64,000 nt of DNA, from the NCBI GenBank assembly GCA_049303675.1, contig JBAQNJ010000001.1, forward strand, positions 278,994 through 342,993. The letters run 5' to 3'. The notes beneath the pieces were generated by a model. It saw only the letters and a list, made by a program, of their open reading frames with translations. It was not told where the DNA came from and did no database searches. The translations under genes and the position numbers were made by a program. This document shows, piece after piece, positions 19,798 to 28,254 of this stretch (position 1 is its first letter; each line of letters starts with the position of its first letter). This DNA is from Microgenomates group bacterium (GTDB taxonomy: Bacteria; Patescibacteriota; Microgenomatia; UBA12405).

Positions 19798-20151
19798 CTA
19801 TATTTCACCCCTCAGCCACCTAATTCTTTCTATATATTCATCATAATTTCGCAACTCTCCGTTTTTCTCAAAAGTATATCTCGCTCCCCGAATATCCATC
19901 TTGGCTTGTTCGCTTGCCTCCACCACTTCTACCTCAATTGCTGTTCTCAATCCAATTTCCAATGCTCTGGCAATCCTATGATGACCAAATTTGACATACA
20001 GGTTACCGTCCCCAGTATCCTCCAAAACAACTCCTTCAAAATTAATATCTCCAATTTGTTTAGCCCTAGCCAAATCACGGGCAGAATTGTATCTAGGGTA
20101 ATCAGTGGGGATTATTTTTTCTTTATCGAGAATAACCATTTTTCTGGTCAT
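19798..20151 (-). CDS. Hypothetical protein, possible ParB/sulfiredoxin-like N-terminal domain
   Basis: KFGHHRIARALEIGL resembles the DGHHR...A..LG motif of ParB-like nuclease domains. This is a weak call. Confidence 0.35.
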   Translation of the reverse strand: MTRKMVILDKEKIIPTDYPRYNSARDLARAKQIGDINFEGVVLEDTGDGNLYVKFGHHRIARALEIGLRTAIEVEVVEASEQAKMDIRGARYTFEKNGELRNYDEYIERIRWLRGEI

Positions 20152-20214
20152 GTCCGATTATAGTCCTTCTTACCTAGATTAGCATGATTATTATTGATAT
20201 AATCCCACAGTAAC

Positions 20215-20249
20215 CCGGTGATAGTCCCGCCGCTGCGGGACGGTTATGC
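20215..20249 (+). pseudogene. tRNA-Tyr-like 5' fragment with its D-loop replaced by a GC hairpin
   Basis: CCGGTGATAG-TCCCGCCGCTGCGGGAC-GGTTATGC matches positions 1-10 and GGTTATGC of the intact tRNA at 20532. It has its own TGATATAAT box (20195-20203) and CAGTAAC leader. The GIY-YIG ATG lies in the TTATGC. Confidence 0.6.
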
Positions 20250-20512
20250 AAATAATGTATTATGTCTATATTTTAAAAAGTTTGGTTGACGGAAAAATTT
20301 ATACAGGTTTTACTTCTGACCTAAAGCACCGATATCAACAACATTTAGACGGAATGGTTTTTTCGACCAAAAATCGTCGACCACTTAAACTAATTTATTA
20401 CGAAGCTTTTTTATCAAAAATAGATGCAGCAAAACAAGAAAAGTATCTAAAGTCAGGTGGTAAAGCAAAAATTGATTTAAAAACAAAAATAAAAAATAGC
20501 TTAGAACTTTGA
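20246..20512 (+). CDS. Small stand-alone GIY-YIG nuclease-domain protein
   Basis: YVYILKSLVDGKIYTGFTSDLKHRYQQH is the GIY-YIG signature; 88 aa. Confidence 0.8.
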   Translation: MQIMYYVYILKSLVDGKIYTGFTSDLKHRYQQHLDGMVFSTKNRRPLKLIYYEAFLSKIDAAKQEKYLKSGGKAKIDLKTKIKNSLEL

Positions 20513-20531
20513 TATAATTTGGCTCAGTAAC

Positions 20532-20603
20532 CCGGTGATAGCAAAGCGGTTATGCGTCGGTCTGTAAAACCGATCTAGGTAGGTTCAACTCCTACTCACC
20601 GGA
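20532..20603 (+). tRNA. tRNA-Tyr (anticodon GTA), class I, C1-G72
   Basis: Manual cloverleaf: acceptor CCGGTGA/TCACCGG, anticodon stem TCGGT/ACCGA, loop CTGTAAA, 5-nt variable loop, T arm GTAGG-TTCAACT-CCTAC, discriminator A. No encoded CCA. Promoter TGATATAAT at 20510-20518. Confidence 0.75.
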
Positions 20604-20613
20604 CATAATTTTA

Positions 20614-20661
20614 GCGACGGTCTGTAACCCCGCCGCTGCGGGGCAACTCCTACTCACCGGA
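20614..20661 (+). pseudogene. tRNA-Tyr-like 3' fragment with an internal GC hairpin
   Basis: GCGACGGTCTGTAA-CCCCGCCGCTGCGGGG-CAACTCCTACTCACCGGA matches the intact tRNA from its anticodon arm onward. The same CCCGCCGCTGCGGG hairpin replaces the variable/T-stem part. It overlaps the 3' end of the minus-strand Ham1-like ORF. Confidence 0.6.
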
Positions 20662-21297
20662 CTCATTTTTTAATCTCTCTAATATTTTTGGTGTTATCGG
20701 CCATAAAGTAGCCGCAGTATAATCCGCGTATTCTTCTGGTGTCATTTCTGATAAAGTATTTTTTTTCCCTTCAGGAATAAAAAACCAATCAAAATAATAA
20801 CCAAGTTTTGTAATTCGTAATTCATTTGCCGCTGTACCTCTTGTTCTGACACCTTCCGAAATTACTTCACCATTAGGTATAGCCAAGGCAATTCCATAAC
20901 CAAAATAAATAGTTCGATTTTCAGTACCATTCAATTTGTCTAACAGTTTTTGAGTATTAGTTACGTCCGACTCGTATCGATTGTCTACTCCCAGTATCAT
21001 TTTGTCGTTGCCTGTTAATTCTTTTTTGGATTCTGTCCCTGGCCAGCCACCAAGTGCTTCAAATTCAATTCCTCTGTCAAAAGAAATCGACATCAGACCA
21101 GATGCTCTGCAGTAAGCCCTAGCCTTCAATTCACTATCACCTACAAAGCTACCCGAATTCTCCTCAACTTCAATATCTATCCCCAGTTCTTTAGGGTTTA
21201 CAAATCTATACAGCTTATCAAGTCCCAACTTTCGACAAGAATATAAAAATGGTTCTACCTTTGATCTATTTGTCGTCGCAATTAGTAGGTCTTTCAT
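20650..21297 (-). CDS. Ham1/RdgB-like non-canonical purine NTP pyrophosphatase
   Basis: LLIATTNRSKVEPF N-terminus and FDRGIEFEALGGWPGTES resemble the ATgN.gK and D.GL.v.aL.G.PG motifs. Confidence 0.65.
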   Translation of the reverse strand: MKDLLIATTNRSKVEPFLYSCRKLGLDKLYRFVNPKELGIDIEVEENSGSFVGDSELKARAYCRASGLMSISFDRGIEFEALGGWPGTESKKELTGNDKMILGVDNRYESDVTNTQKLLDKLNGTENRTIYFGYGIALAIPNGEVISEGVRTRGTAANELRITKLGYYFDWFFIPEGKKNTLSEMTPEEYADYTAATLWPITPKILERLKNESGE

Positions 21298-21308
21298 ACA
21301 CGCTTTAA

Positions 21309-21791
21309 CTACCTTATTTTACACGAATATTTTATTAGATCCTTCGTGATTTTATTTACATCGACCTTTTTTCCATCAACTTTGAAAAAAGCCAAATATC
21401 TAAGCCCAGCTCCCGGTGCTTCACTCATCATTATTTTTAAAACTATTTCTCCAATTTCTTTAGTACTAGTTACTTTCTTCTGACTCAGAATCAACTTTTC
21501 TTCAACCTCATCGAATATTTTCTTTGATGTAATTCCTGAATCTCCTCTATCTATTTTCTTTTGTCCGACGACTACATGGTAAATGGATGAGTATAATTTT
21601 GCTCCAACATATTTAACTCTTTTTCCAGATCTTTTAACGACTGTAATATGTCCTAAATCAATCTTCTCGTGAGTTGTAAACAAAAAATCACATTTTAGAC
21701 ACTTCCTTCTTCTCCATATTTGAATTCCTTTATTTGTTGGCCTTGAGTTCGTCACCTCAATTTGTTCACTTCCACAATTCGGACAAAACAT
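21309..21791 (-). CDS. nrdR: Transcriptional repressor NrdR
   Basis: MFCPNCGS...RRRKCLKCDFLFTTHE zinc ribbon plus an ATP-cone-like C-terminus. I use the Met giving MFCPNCG rather than the track start at 21818. Confidence 0.85.
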   Translation of the reverse strand: MFCPNCGSEQIEVTNSRPTNKGIQIWRRRKCLKCDFLFTTHEKIDLGHITVVKRSGKRVKYVGAKLYSSIYHVVVGQKKIDRGDSGITSKKIFDEVEEKLILSQKKVTSTKEIGEIVLKIMMSEAPGAGLRYLAFFKVDGKKVDVNKITKDLIKYSCKIR

Positions 21792-21921
21792 ACCCATATA
21801 TTGACATATAATAGCCATTTTATCAATTTATAATTTACTTTTGAACTAAAATAAGTTGTCATATCTGTCAACAATATGTTCTATCAAATCGATCCTGTTT
21901 GACATTAAATATAAATATCAA

Positions 21922-22296
21922 ATGACAAGGGAAAATATAATCAACATCACAATAAGTGAGCCTTCCCAAATATGTATTATTGTTAGGCAAGCCAACAAAT
22001 TCATCGCTTCAAAACCTTATCTGGGTGTTCATACCATTGGAGCCAGTGCAAATGGTGTAATTTCGTACCCTGTCGGCAACATCGAAGGTTCGTATCTAAA
22101 ACCAACTGTCAAACCAGTCACAATTAGTCCGCCGTTTAGAATTTCCTTATCACAAGATACCAATATTGTTGTTAGTTTTCAGGCGAAAGGCGAATTCTCA
22201 CCAGAACCATCACAAGACTGGATGCTCGACCGACTTAAGAACCAATTTACCAGTGTCATAGCCGACTCACATCCAAAATTAAGACAGTCCACTTAA
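21922..22296 (+). CDS. Hypothetical protein
   Basis: Start chosen at MTRENIINITISEPS (TATAAA + 6 nt + ATG). Weak similarity to the next ORF (ENIINITISEPSQI vs KNIVVDKPSEISQI). Confidence 0.4.
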   Translation: MTRENIINITISEPSQICIIVRQANKFIASKPYLGVHTIGASANGVISYPVGNIEGSYLKPTVKPVTISPPFRISLSQDTNIVVSFQAKGEFSPEPSQDWMLDRLKNQFTSVIADSHPKLRQST

Positions 22297-22315
22297 ATTA
22301 TCAGTTAAATTTAAT

Positions 22316-22618
22316 ATGAAAAATATCGTCGTCGACAAGCCAAGTGAAATAAGTCAAATTGCCTATTTCCTTAATCATTCAGATATCTTTAGCTCCGTTA
22401 ATATCAGTTCAATTAGTGCCAATCAAAATTATCTCAAATGGTCCGCTCCTTCAACAGATTATCCTTGCATTTATAATTCATATTATCTATTTTCACCATT
22501 CAAAATAGTATTGTATCCACATCCTTTTGTTGTTCCAACTGATGAAAGTGGCGAAAGTAAAATTATTCTTGACCAAGTAAAAACAAAATTAATGGAAGCC
22601 ATTCTCAGGATAATCTGA
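22316..22618 (+). CDS. Hypothetical protein, possible paralogue of the preceding ORF
   Basis: 100-aa ORF with pyrimidine-ending codons like other plus-strand genes. Confidence 0.4.
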   Translation: MKNIVVDKPSEISQIAYFLNHSDIFSSVNISSISANQNYLKWSAPSTDYPCIYNSYYLFSPFKIVLYPHPFVVPTDESGESKIILDQVKTKLMEAILRII

Positions 22619-22635
22619 TTTTGCTATAATCATTT

Positions 22636-23685
22636 GTGCAGATTTCTACCTTAATCCTCGAAAATTTTCGCTCTTACACACGACGTGAACTAAAACTTGA
22701 TTCAAAAACTAATTTAATTTTGGGACACAATGGTGCCGGCAAGACTAATATTTTAGAAGCTATTTATTTCCTGTCCTGTGGTAAAAGTTTTCGTAGTAGT
22801 TCCCTATCGCAATTAATCAATTGGAACAGTACTTACACTAGTGTTCAGGGTCAACTTGATGACCATACTCTCGAGGCTCAGCTAATCAAGAATGCTGCCA
22901 AAATGTCCCTTAGTCGTCAGTTCAAACTCGACCAAGTGATCAAAACTCGTCCCAAATATCTCGGCACTATGAAATGTGTTGTTTTTGAGCCAGAGGATAT
23001 TCGACTAGTTAATGGTTCACCCACCCGTCGTCGCGATTATCTCGATAGTGTTTTTGCTACCACCGAGTGGCGTTATGCTGGTGCCCTGTCCCAATTTCAC
23101 CGAGCTCTTAAGCATCGCAATGAATTGCTAGATCAAATCAGGGACGGCAAAAACCAAAAATCAGAGTTATTTTACTGGGATCAGTCTCTTATTAAAAACT
23201 CAGAAATAATTCACGATTTCCGGCAAAAATTTATACAATCAGTCAATCAATTTTTTCAGAACCATTCTTTCACCGAAATAAAAACTTTGTTTTTAACCTA
23301 CCACCCCTCAGTTCTGACTCAAGAAAAATTAGAACTCAATTATTTCCACGACCTCAATTCCGGATTTACCCAAGCAGGAATTCATCGTGACGATTTTACC
23401 TTCAATAATTCAATTTTCTCCACTGAAGACAAGAATTTAGCTTATTGGGGGAGTCGTGGTCAACAGAGACTAGCAGTCCTAGCTCTCAGACTTGCTCAAA
23501 TAAATTATCTAGAGGAAACCTATTCTCAAAAGCCAATTTTACTTCTCGACGATATTTTTTCCGAGCTCGATCCCGAGCATCGCCAGTTAGTTGTCAACAT
23601 CTGTCAAACGTACCAAACCATTTTTACCTCCGCCGAGGACAATATTTCTCACTTTTTACCTCAAGCTAACCAAATTAGTCTCTAA
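22636..23685 (+). CDS. recF: DNA replication and repair protein RecF
   Basis: LENFRSY...GHNGAGKTNILEAIYFL Walker A and LLLDDIFSELD Walker B. GTG start 5 nt after TGCTATAAT. Confidence 0.85.
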   Translation: MQISTLILENFRSYTRRELKLDSKTNLILGHNGAGKTNILEAIYFLSCGKSFRSSSLSQLINWNSTYTSVQGQLDDHTLEAQLIKNAAKMSLSRQFKLDQVIKTRPKYLGTMKCVVFEPEDIRLVNGSPTRRRDYLDSVFATTEWRYAGALSQFHRALKHRNELLDQIRDGKNQKSELFYWDQSLIKNSEIIHDFRQKFIQSVNQFFQNHSFTEIKTLFLTYHPSVLTQEKLELNYFHDLNSGFTQAGIHRDDFTFNNSIFSTEDKNLAYWGSRGQQRLAVLALRLAQINYLEETYSQKPILLLDDIFSELDPEHRQLVVNICQTYQTIFTSAEDNISHFLPQANQISL

Positions 23686-23710
23686 AGATATTGTATAATC
23701 TGACTAAATT

Positions 23711-23929
23711 ATGAAAATATCACCAATTATGGATTCAGATGAAGCCACTGCCCAGCAAAGGCTGAAAGAAATATATCGACGTCAAAGAAATGACCTTTCT
23801 ACTGAAACTAGTCTTGAGGATTTACGAACCGAACTAACAATTACCACCAGATTATTGGAACTAAAATGTCGAATTCAATTGAGCAACATGGAAAATATTG
23901 TTGCCGCTTCGGTCGAGGCACAGATGTAA
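23711..23929 (+). CDS. Hypothetical small protein
   Basis: 72-aa ORF downstream of TTGTATAAT. Confidence 0.35.
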   Translation: MKISPIMDSDEATAQQRLKEIYRRQRNDLSTETSLEDLRTELTITTRLLELKCRIQLSNMENIVAASVEAQM

Positions 23930-24016
23930 AACTATTTACCCCCTCCACAAACGCAATATTTGTTCTATAATACCTACACTGTCTTTATCAAGACAGGTTT
24001 TTATTGTACATTAACA

Positions 24017-24063
24017 TTCAACCACTCTATTTTTTTAAAGCCACGGCTGTTAGTATCAGAGAG
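24017..24063 (+). other. 5' arm of the 16S rRNA processing stem
   Basis: TTCAACCACTCTATTTTTTTAAAGCCA...TGTTAGTATCAGAGAG is complementary to 25668-25715. Confidence 0.7.
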
Positions 24064-24119
24064 ATGACACCGATAATTCGGTATTTCTTTTTTGAAAATC
24101 ATCCCGATCATTCGGGATT

Positions 24120-25618
24120 TGTACTAAGAGTTTGATCGTGGCTCAGGGTAAACGCTGGCGATGTGCCTAAGACATGCAAGTCGAACGGGATTCATTATCT
24201 TCACAAAGTTTCTAATTTTAGTGATTTTGTGAAGATAGTGAGTTTAGTGGCGAACGGGTGAGTAATGAGTACGAACGTACTCTCAAGCGGAACATAGCCC
24301 ACCGAAAGGTGGAGTAATTTTCCATAGTCTCGCAAGAGTAAAGATGCAAATCACTTGAGAAGCGGCGTACTTGCCACCAGCTAGTTGGTAGGGTAACGGC
24401 CTACCAAGGCTATAACGGCTAACGGCTCTTAGCGGAGAGTCCGTCACAATGGGACTGAGACACGGCCCATACTTCTACGGAAGGCAGCAGTTAGGAATCT
24501 TGCGCAATGGACGAAAGTCTGACGCAGCGACATCGCGTGAAGGATGAAGGCCCTCGGGTCGTAAACTTCTTTTATTGTGCCATGAAGGCATTTTGAATCA
24601 ACAGCTACTAACTACGTGCCAGCAGTCGCGGTAATACGTAGGCTGTAAGCGTTACCCGGTTTTATTGGGCGTAAAGCGTCTGTAGGTGGTTTTGTAAGTC
24701 TTGTTTCAAAGACCCCAGCTTAACTGGGGGCAGGGGCAGGATACTGCAAGACTAGAGTGATATCGGGGTTACTGGAATTTTTAGTGTAGGGGTAAAATCC
24801 GTGGATACTAAAAAGAACACCAAGCGCGAAGGCGGGTAACCAGGTATTTACTGACACTCAGAGACGAAAGCTAGGGTAGCCAATCAGATTAGAGACCTGA
24901 GTAGTCCTAGCTGTAAACTATGTATGTTAATTCTCTGTAATTTATTATGGGGGATGTAAGCTAACGCGTTAAACATACCGCCTGGGGAGTATAGCCGCAA
25001 GGCCGAAACTCAAACGAATTGGCGGGGAGGCGCACAACCAGTGGAGCATGTGGTTCAATTCGATACGAAGCGATGAACCTTACCTGGGTTTGAAATGTAT
25101 CTGCAAACCCCCAGAAACGGGGGAATCCTTAGAGGGTGATACACAGCTGTTGCATGGCTGTCGTCAGCTCGTGACGTGAGTTGTTCTCTTAAGTGAGGTA
25201 ACGAGCGCAACCCCCATCCGGTGTTATTGTGTCACCGGAGACTGCCTAGCATTATTTTGTTAGGAGGAAGGAGGGGACGACGTCAAGTCAGCATGATGCT
25301 TATGTCCAGGGCTACACACATCCTACAATGAGGAAGACAATGGGTCGCGAAACCGCGAGGTGGAGCCAATCCCACAAACTTCCTCTCAGTTGGGATTGCA
25401 GGCTGAAACTCGCCTGCATGAACCCGGAATTGGTAGTAATCGCGCATCAGCAGCGCGCGGTGAATACGTTCTCGCCTCTTGCACACACTGCCCGTCAAAT
25501 CAGCAAAGTTGAGGGCACCTGAAGCTTGGCCTTTGGCCGAATCAAGGTGAATTCAGCGATGAGGGTTAAGTCGTAACAAGGTATCTGTACTGGAAGGTGC
25601 AGATGGATCACCTCCTTT
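24120..25618 (+). rRNA. rrs: 16S ribosomal RNA (about 1.5 kb, no large insertion)
   Basis: AGAGTTTGATCGTGGCTCAG at 24127; GTGCCAGCAGTCGCGGTAATAC; AAGTCGTAACAAGGTA; 3' end GGATCACCTCCTTT. Confidence 0.95.
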
Positions 25619-25667
25619 GAGGATTTATCCGTATTCCAATTTATTGGATATCGGATCATGAATCGAA

Positions 25668-25715
25668 CTCTTTCTGGTACTAACATTTTTGGCTTTAAAT
25701 AAAATAGTGGTTGAA
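25668..25715 (+). other. 3' arm of the 16S rRNA processing stem
   Basis: CTCTTTCTGGTACTAACATTTTTGGCTTTAAATAAAATAGTGGTTGAA pairs with 24017-24063. Confidence 0.7.
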
Positions 25716-25721
25716 TAAAAT

Positions 25722-25752
25722 AAAAATCCCCCAGTAATGGGGGATTTTTTTT
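25722..25752 (+). terminator. Intrinsic terminator after 16S
   Basis: ATCCCCC-AGTAAT-GGGGGAT followed by a T8 run. Confidence 0.75.
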
Positions 25753-25762
25753 GCAATAAATA

Positions 25763-25981
25763 TTATTTGGTTTTAGGTTTAAGATACTGAATTGATATTC
25801 CACCTGGAGTCAATTCGTCTTTCTTTTCCACTCTCTGCCATCCCGCACTACTAAATATCAAAGCCACTGCTGGTTCTTCAACTGGAGATACATAAAAAAC
25901 ATCCCTATCCTTTTCACTTAGAGCTAACCTCGCTCTTGAAACTAATGAATCTTCGATCGCTTGTGCTATTTGTTCTGTCAT
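25763..25981 (-). CDS. Hypothetical small protein
   Basis: 72-aa ORF; coding status uncertain. Confidence 0.3.
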   Translation of the reverse strand: MTEQIAQAIEDSLVSRARLALSEKDRDVFYVSPVEEPAVALIFSSAGWQRVEKKDELTPGGISIQYLKPKTK

Positions 25982-26048
25982 ATTGAACTTATTCTCTCCC
26001 TCTCTCTTCTATAAGTCAAATTTTCCGATATTTTTAGTACAATCAACC

Positions 26049-26573
26049 ATGAATCTAATTTTTATCTATGGCCCTCCGGCCACTGGCAAACTTACAGTTG
26101 CTAAAGAATTGTCAATATTGACCAATTATCCTGTCTTTCATAATCACTTAACTTATGATTTAGCATTTTCATTGTTTAAGGGTTATAAGTTTGGAAAATT
26201 AATTGAACAAATTCGGCTTGATGTTTTTCAACACGCCATTAATCAAAAGTTGTCAGGCTTAATTTTTACAGTCGCCTATGGATATGGCTCTGACGATCAA
26301 TTCGTAAAATCAGTTATAAAATTAATCGAAAAATCAGGTAATAAAATTAATTTTGTCCAGCTAAAATGTTCTCGAGAAGAATTACATGATCGTGTCAATC
26401 AGGACTCTCGTCAACAATTTGGCAAGGTCAAAGATGTCCAAAATTTAGACGAATTATTAAACACCAATGACTACTTTACTCCTATTTCATTCGTCAAAAA
26501 TCTAATAATTGACAACACATCTCTCGACCCAAAAACTGTCGCCGAAAAAATTATGAATGAGTTTGCAATATAA
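26049..26573 (+). CDS. P-loop kinase-like ATPase (AAA_33/shikimate-kinase-like)
   Basis: MNLIFIYGPPATGKLTVAKEL Walker A at the N-terminus. Start moved to 26049 (TACAAT + 5 nt + ATG). Confidence 0.6.
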   Translation: MNLIFIYGPPATGKLTVAKELSILTNYPVFHNHLTYDLAFSLFKGYKFGKLIEQIRLDVFQHAINQKLSGLIFTVAYGYGSDDQFVKSVIKLIEKSGNKINFVQLKCSREELHDRVNQDSRQQFGKVKDVQNLDELLNTNDYFTPISFVKNLIIDNTSLDPKTVAEKIMNEFAI

Positions 26574-26588
26574 TCCGACTAACCTTCT

Positions 26589-27311
26589 ATGCCTCCATTT
26601 GTTACCAAACTAAAAATCGAGCCGGACAAACTTCCCCAACACATTGCCATTATTATGGACGGCAACCGTCGTTGGGCCAAACAAAACAATTTTGACCCCA
26701 GCAAAGGCCACGAGGCAGGCGCTGCCAATCTCCAAAAAATTGTCGAATATTGTCGCGATATTGGCGTCAAACATTTGACAGTCTATGCCCTATCTACCGA
26801 AAACTGGCGACTCCGTTCCCCCCTCGAAGTCAGGGGATTATTTAATTTATTGATCAAGGTAGTCAAGACCAAGGCCGAGGAATATCAGCGTTCCGGCATC
26901 AAGTTTTTTGTCCTCGGCAATTTTCAAGCTTTCCCTCACAAGGTCAAAGAAGCAATCAAAAAAATATTATCTCTGGCCATAGTTAAGGAAAAAATACAGT
27001 TCAATATCGCTCTCAATTACGGCGGTCGTGATGAAATCGTTCATGCTCTGAAGAAAATTATTCAGGACAAAGTTCCTGAAAACAAAATAGACGAAAATTT
27101 AATTAGCAGCTATCTCTATACCAAAAATCAGCCCGATCCTGATCTCATTATTCGTCCGGGCGGTGAATTTAGACTTTCCAATTTTCTTATTTGGCAAATG
27201 TCCTATGCCGAACTATTTTTCACCAATATTCTCTGGCCAGATTTTACCCCCCGTGAACTCGAAAAAGCCATCTACTGGTACCAGCAGCGCGACCGCCGCA
27301 TGGGAAAATAA
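26589..27311 (+). CDS. uppS: Undecaprenyl diphosphate synthase
   Basis: HIAIIMDGNRRWA, ALSTENW and RPGGEFRLSNFLIWQ motifs. Confidence 0.9.
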   Translation: MPPFVTKLKIEPDKLPQHIAIIMDGNRRWAKQNNFDPSKGHEAGAANLQKIVEYCRDIGVKHLTVYALSTENWRLRSPLEVRGLFNLLIKVVKTKAEEYQRSGIKFFVLGNFQAFPHKVKEAIKKILSLAIVKEKIQFNIALNYGGRDEIVHALKKIIQDKVPENKIDENLISSYLYTKNQPDPDLIIRPGGEFRLSNFLIWQMSYAELFFTNILWPDFTPRELEKAIYWYQQRDRRMGK

Positions 27312-27313
27312 AT

Positions 27314-28249
27314 CTATATATTTATTTTCCACTTTGGCGGGTAAAAATACTTAATCAAATTGTTTGCTGGTTGATATCTCGTTTTTATTCGTACTCGATT
27401 ACTTACCAACTTTGGAAATTTTACTCGACAGTATTTATCAGTTTCACAAAACCATCCCTGACAATCAATCGCACTCATAGGCCTGCCTCCCAGATTTTTG
27501 AAATCAATTCCTAGTCTCCGAAATTCTTTTTCCTGATTTTCCACCATATATCGTATGATATCCTCATCACTCTTTCCAGATGTATTTACAAAACATTTGG
27601 CAATTCCTCTGAGTGCCCCAGGCCCAGCTACAGTAAAGTCATTTTCATCAAAATCAAATATTTCGGAATAATTAAAATCAATCGCCAACTGATACGCCAT
27701 AAAATTTCCCAGTAGAGGAAAACCTTTCAAACCTTCATACAATTTTTTCAAAGAATTTGCGCTCAAAATTAACTGTGTATTTTTCTTATTTCCAAAAATA
27801 AAATTCAACAAAGCTAGGTGATTTTCGTGTTTTTTATCAAAACCAAATATTTTGTTCGCACACAAAATAAATGCATTGCCGTATATTGGTTTATTTTCTT
27901 TTATCTTTTCTAATATTCTTGCGTATCTATCAGCACTAAAATTTTTTAGGCTAATTTCTCCCAGATCTAACTCTAACTGCTGCCATGTTTCAATTTTATT
28001 GAGTAGTCTAAATAACAAAATTCTAAAAAGAGTATCCTCTGCCGTAAATTTATCAGTGTAGATTACGTTTTTAATCAAAAATTGGGAAACTCTGTCACTT
28101 GCTCGGTAGACATTACAAAATTTATAACTTTGGTAAATTGGATCATCTGTCAAATGAACAGTTTTATTATTTAATTTACGAAAAAATATTTCTTGTCGCT
28201 CAGCTGCTGTTTTCCAATAGGTGTCATAAACTTTTTGCCGAACTCTCAT
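27314..28249 (-). CDS. Hypothetical protein; N-terminus resembles the aGPT-pyrophosphorylase / 5-hmdU-DNA-kinase helical family (DNA base hypermodification)
   Basis: The N-terminal pattern ...ERQEIFFRK......LTDDPIYQSYKFCNVYRASDRVSQFL matches my recollection of the R..I..R....WT.DPIL..YRFxNVxRExDRxT signature. The family assignment is not verified. Confidence 0.4.
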   Translation of the reverse strand: MRVRQKVYDTYWKTAAERQEIFFRKLNNKTVHLTDDPIYQSYKFCNVYRASDRVSQFLIKNVIYTDKFTAEDTLFRILLFRLLNKIETWQQLELDLGEISLKNFSADRYARILEKIKENKPIYGNAFILCANKIFGFDKKHENHLALLNFIFGNKKNTQLILSANSLKKLYEGLKGFPLLGNFMAYQLAIDFNYSEIFDFDENDFTVAGPGALRGIAKCFVNTSGKSDEDIIRYMVENQEKEFRRLGIDFKNLGGRPMSAIDCQGWFCETDKYCRVKFPKLVSNRVRIKTRYQPANNLIKYFYPPKWKINI

Positions 28250-28254
28250 TTTAT

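Noticed and set aside
23980-24008. Hairpin CTGTCTT-TATCA-AGACAG followed by GTTTTTATT between a TATAAT box and the 16S gene, considered as a regulatory attenuator of rRNA transcription
   Set aside because: It is more simply the terminator of the upstream small ORF (23711-23929), or part of the rRNA leader. The sequence alone cannot distinguish these.
25283-25803. Track ORFs 25283..25498(-), 25328..25522(+) and 25495..25803(-)
   Set aside because: They lie inside or across the 3' part of the 16S rRNA gene and its spacer, so they are spurious.
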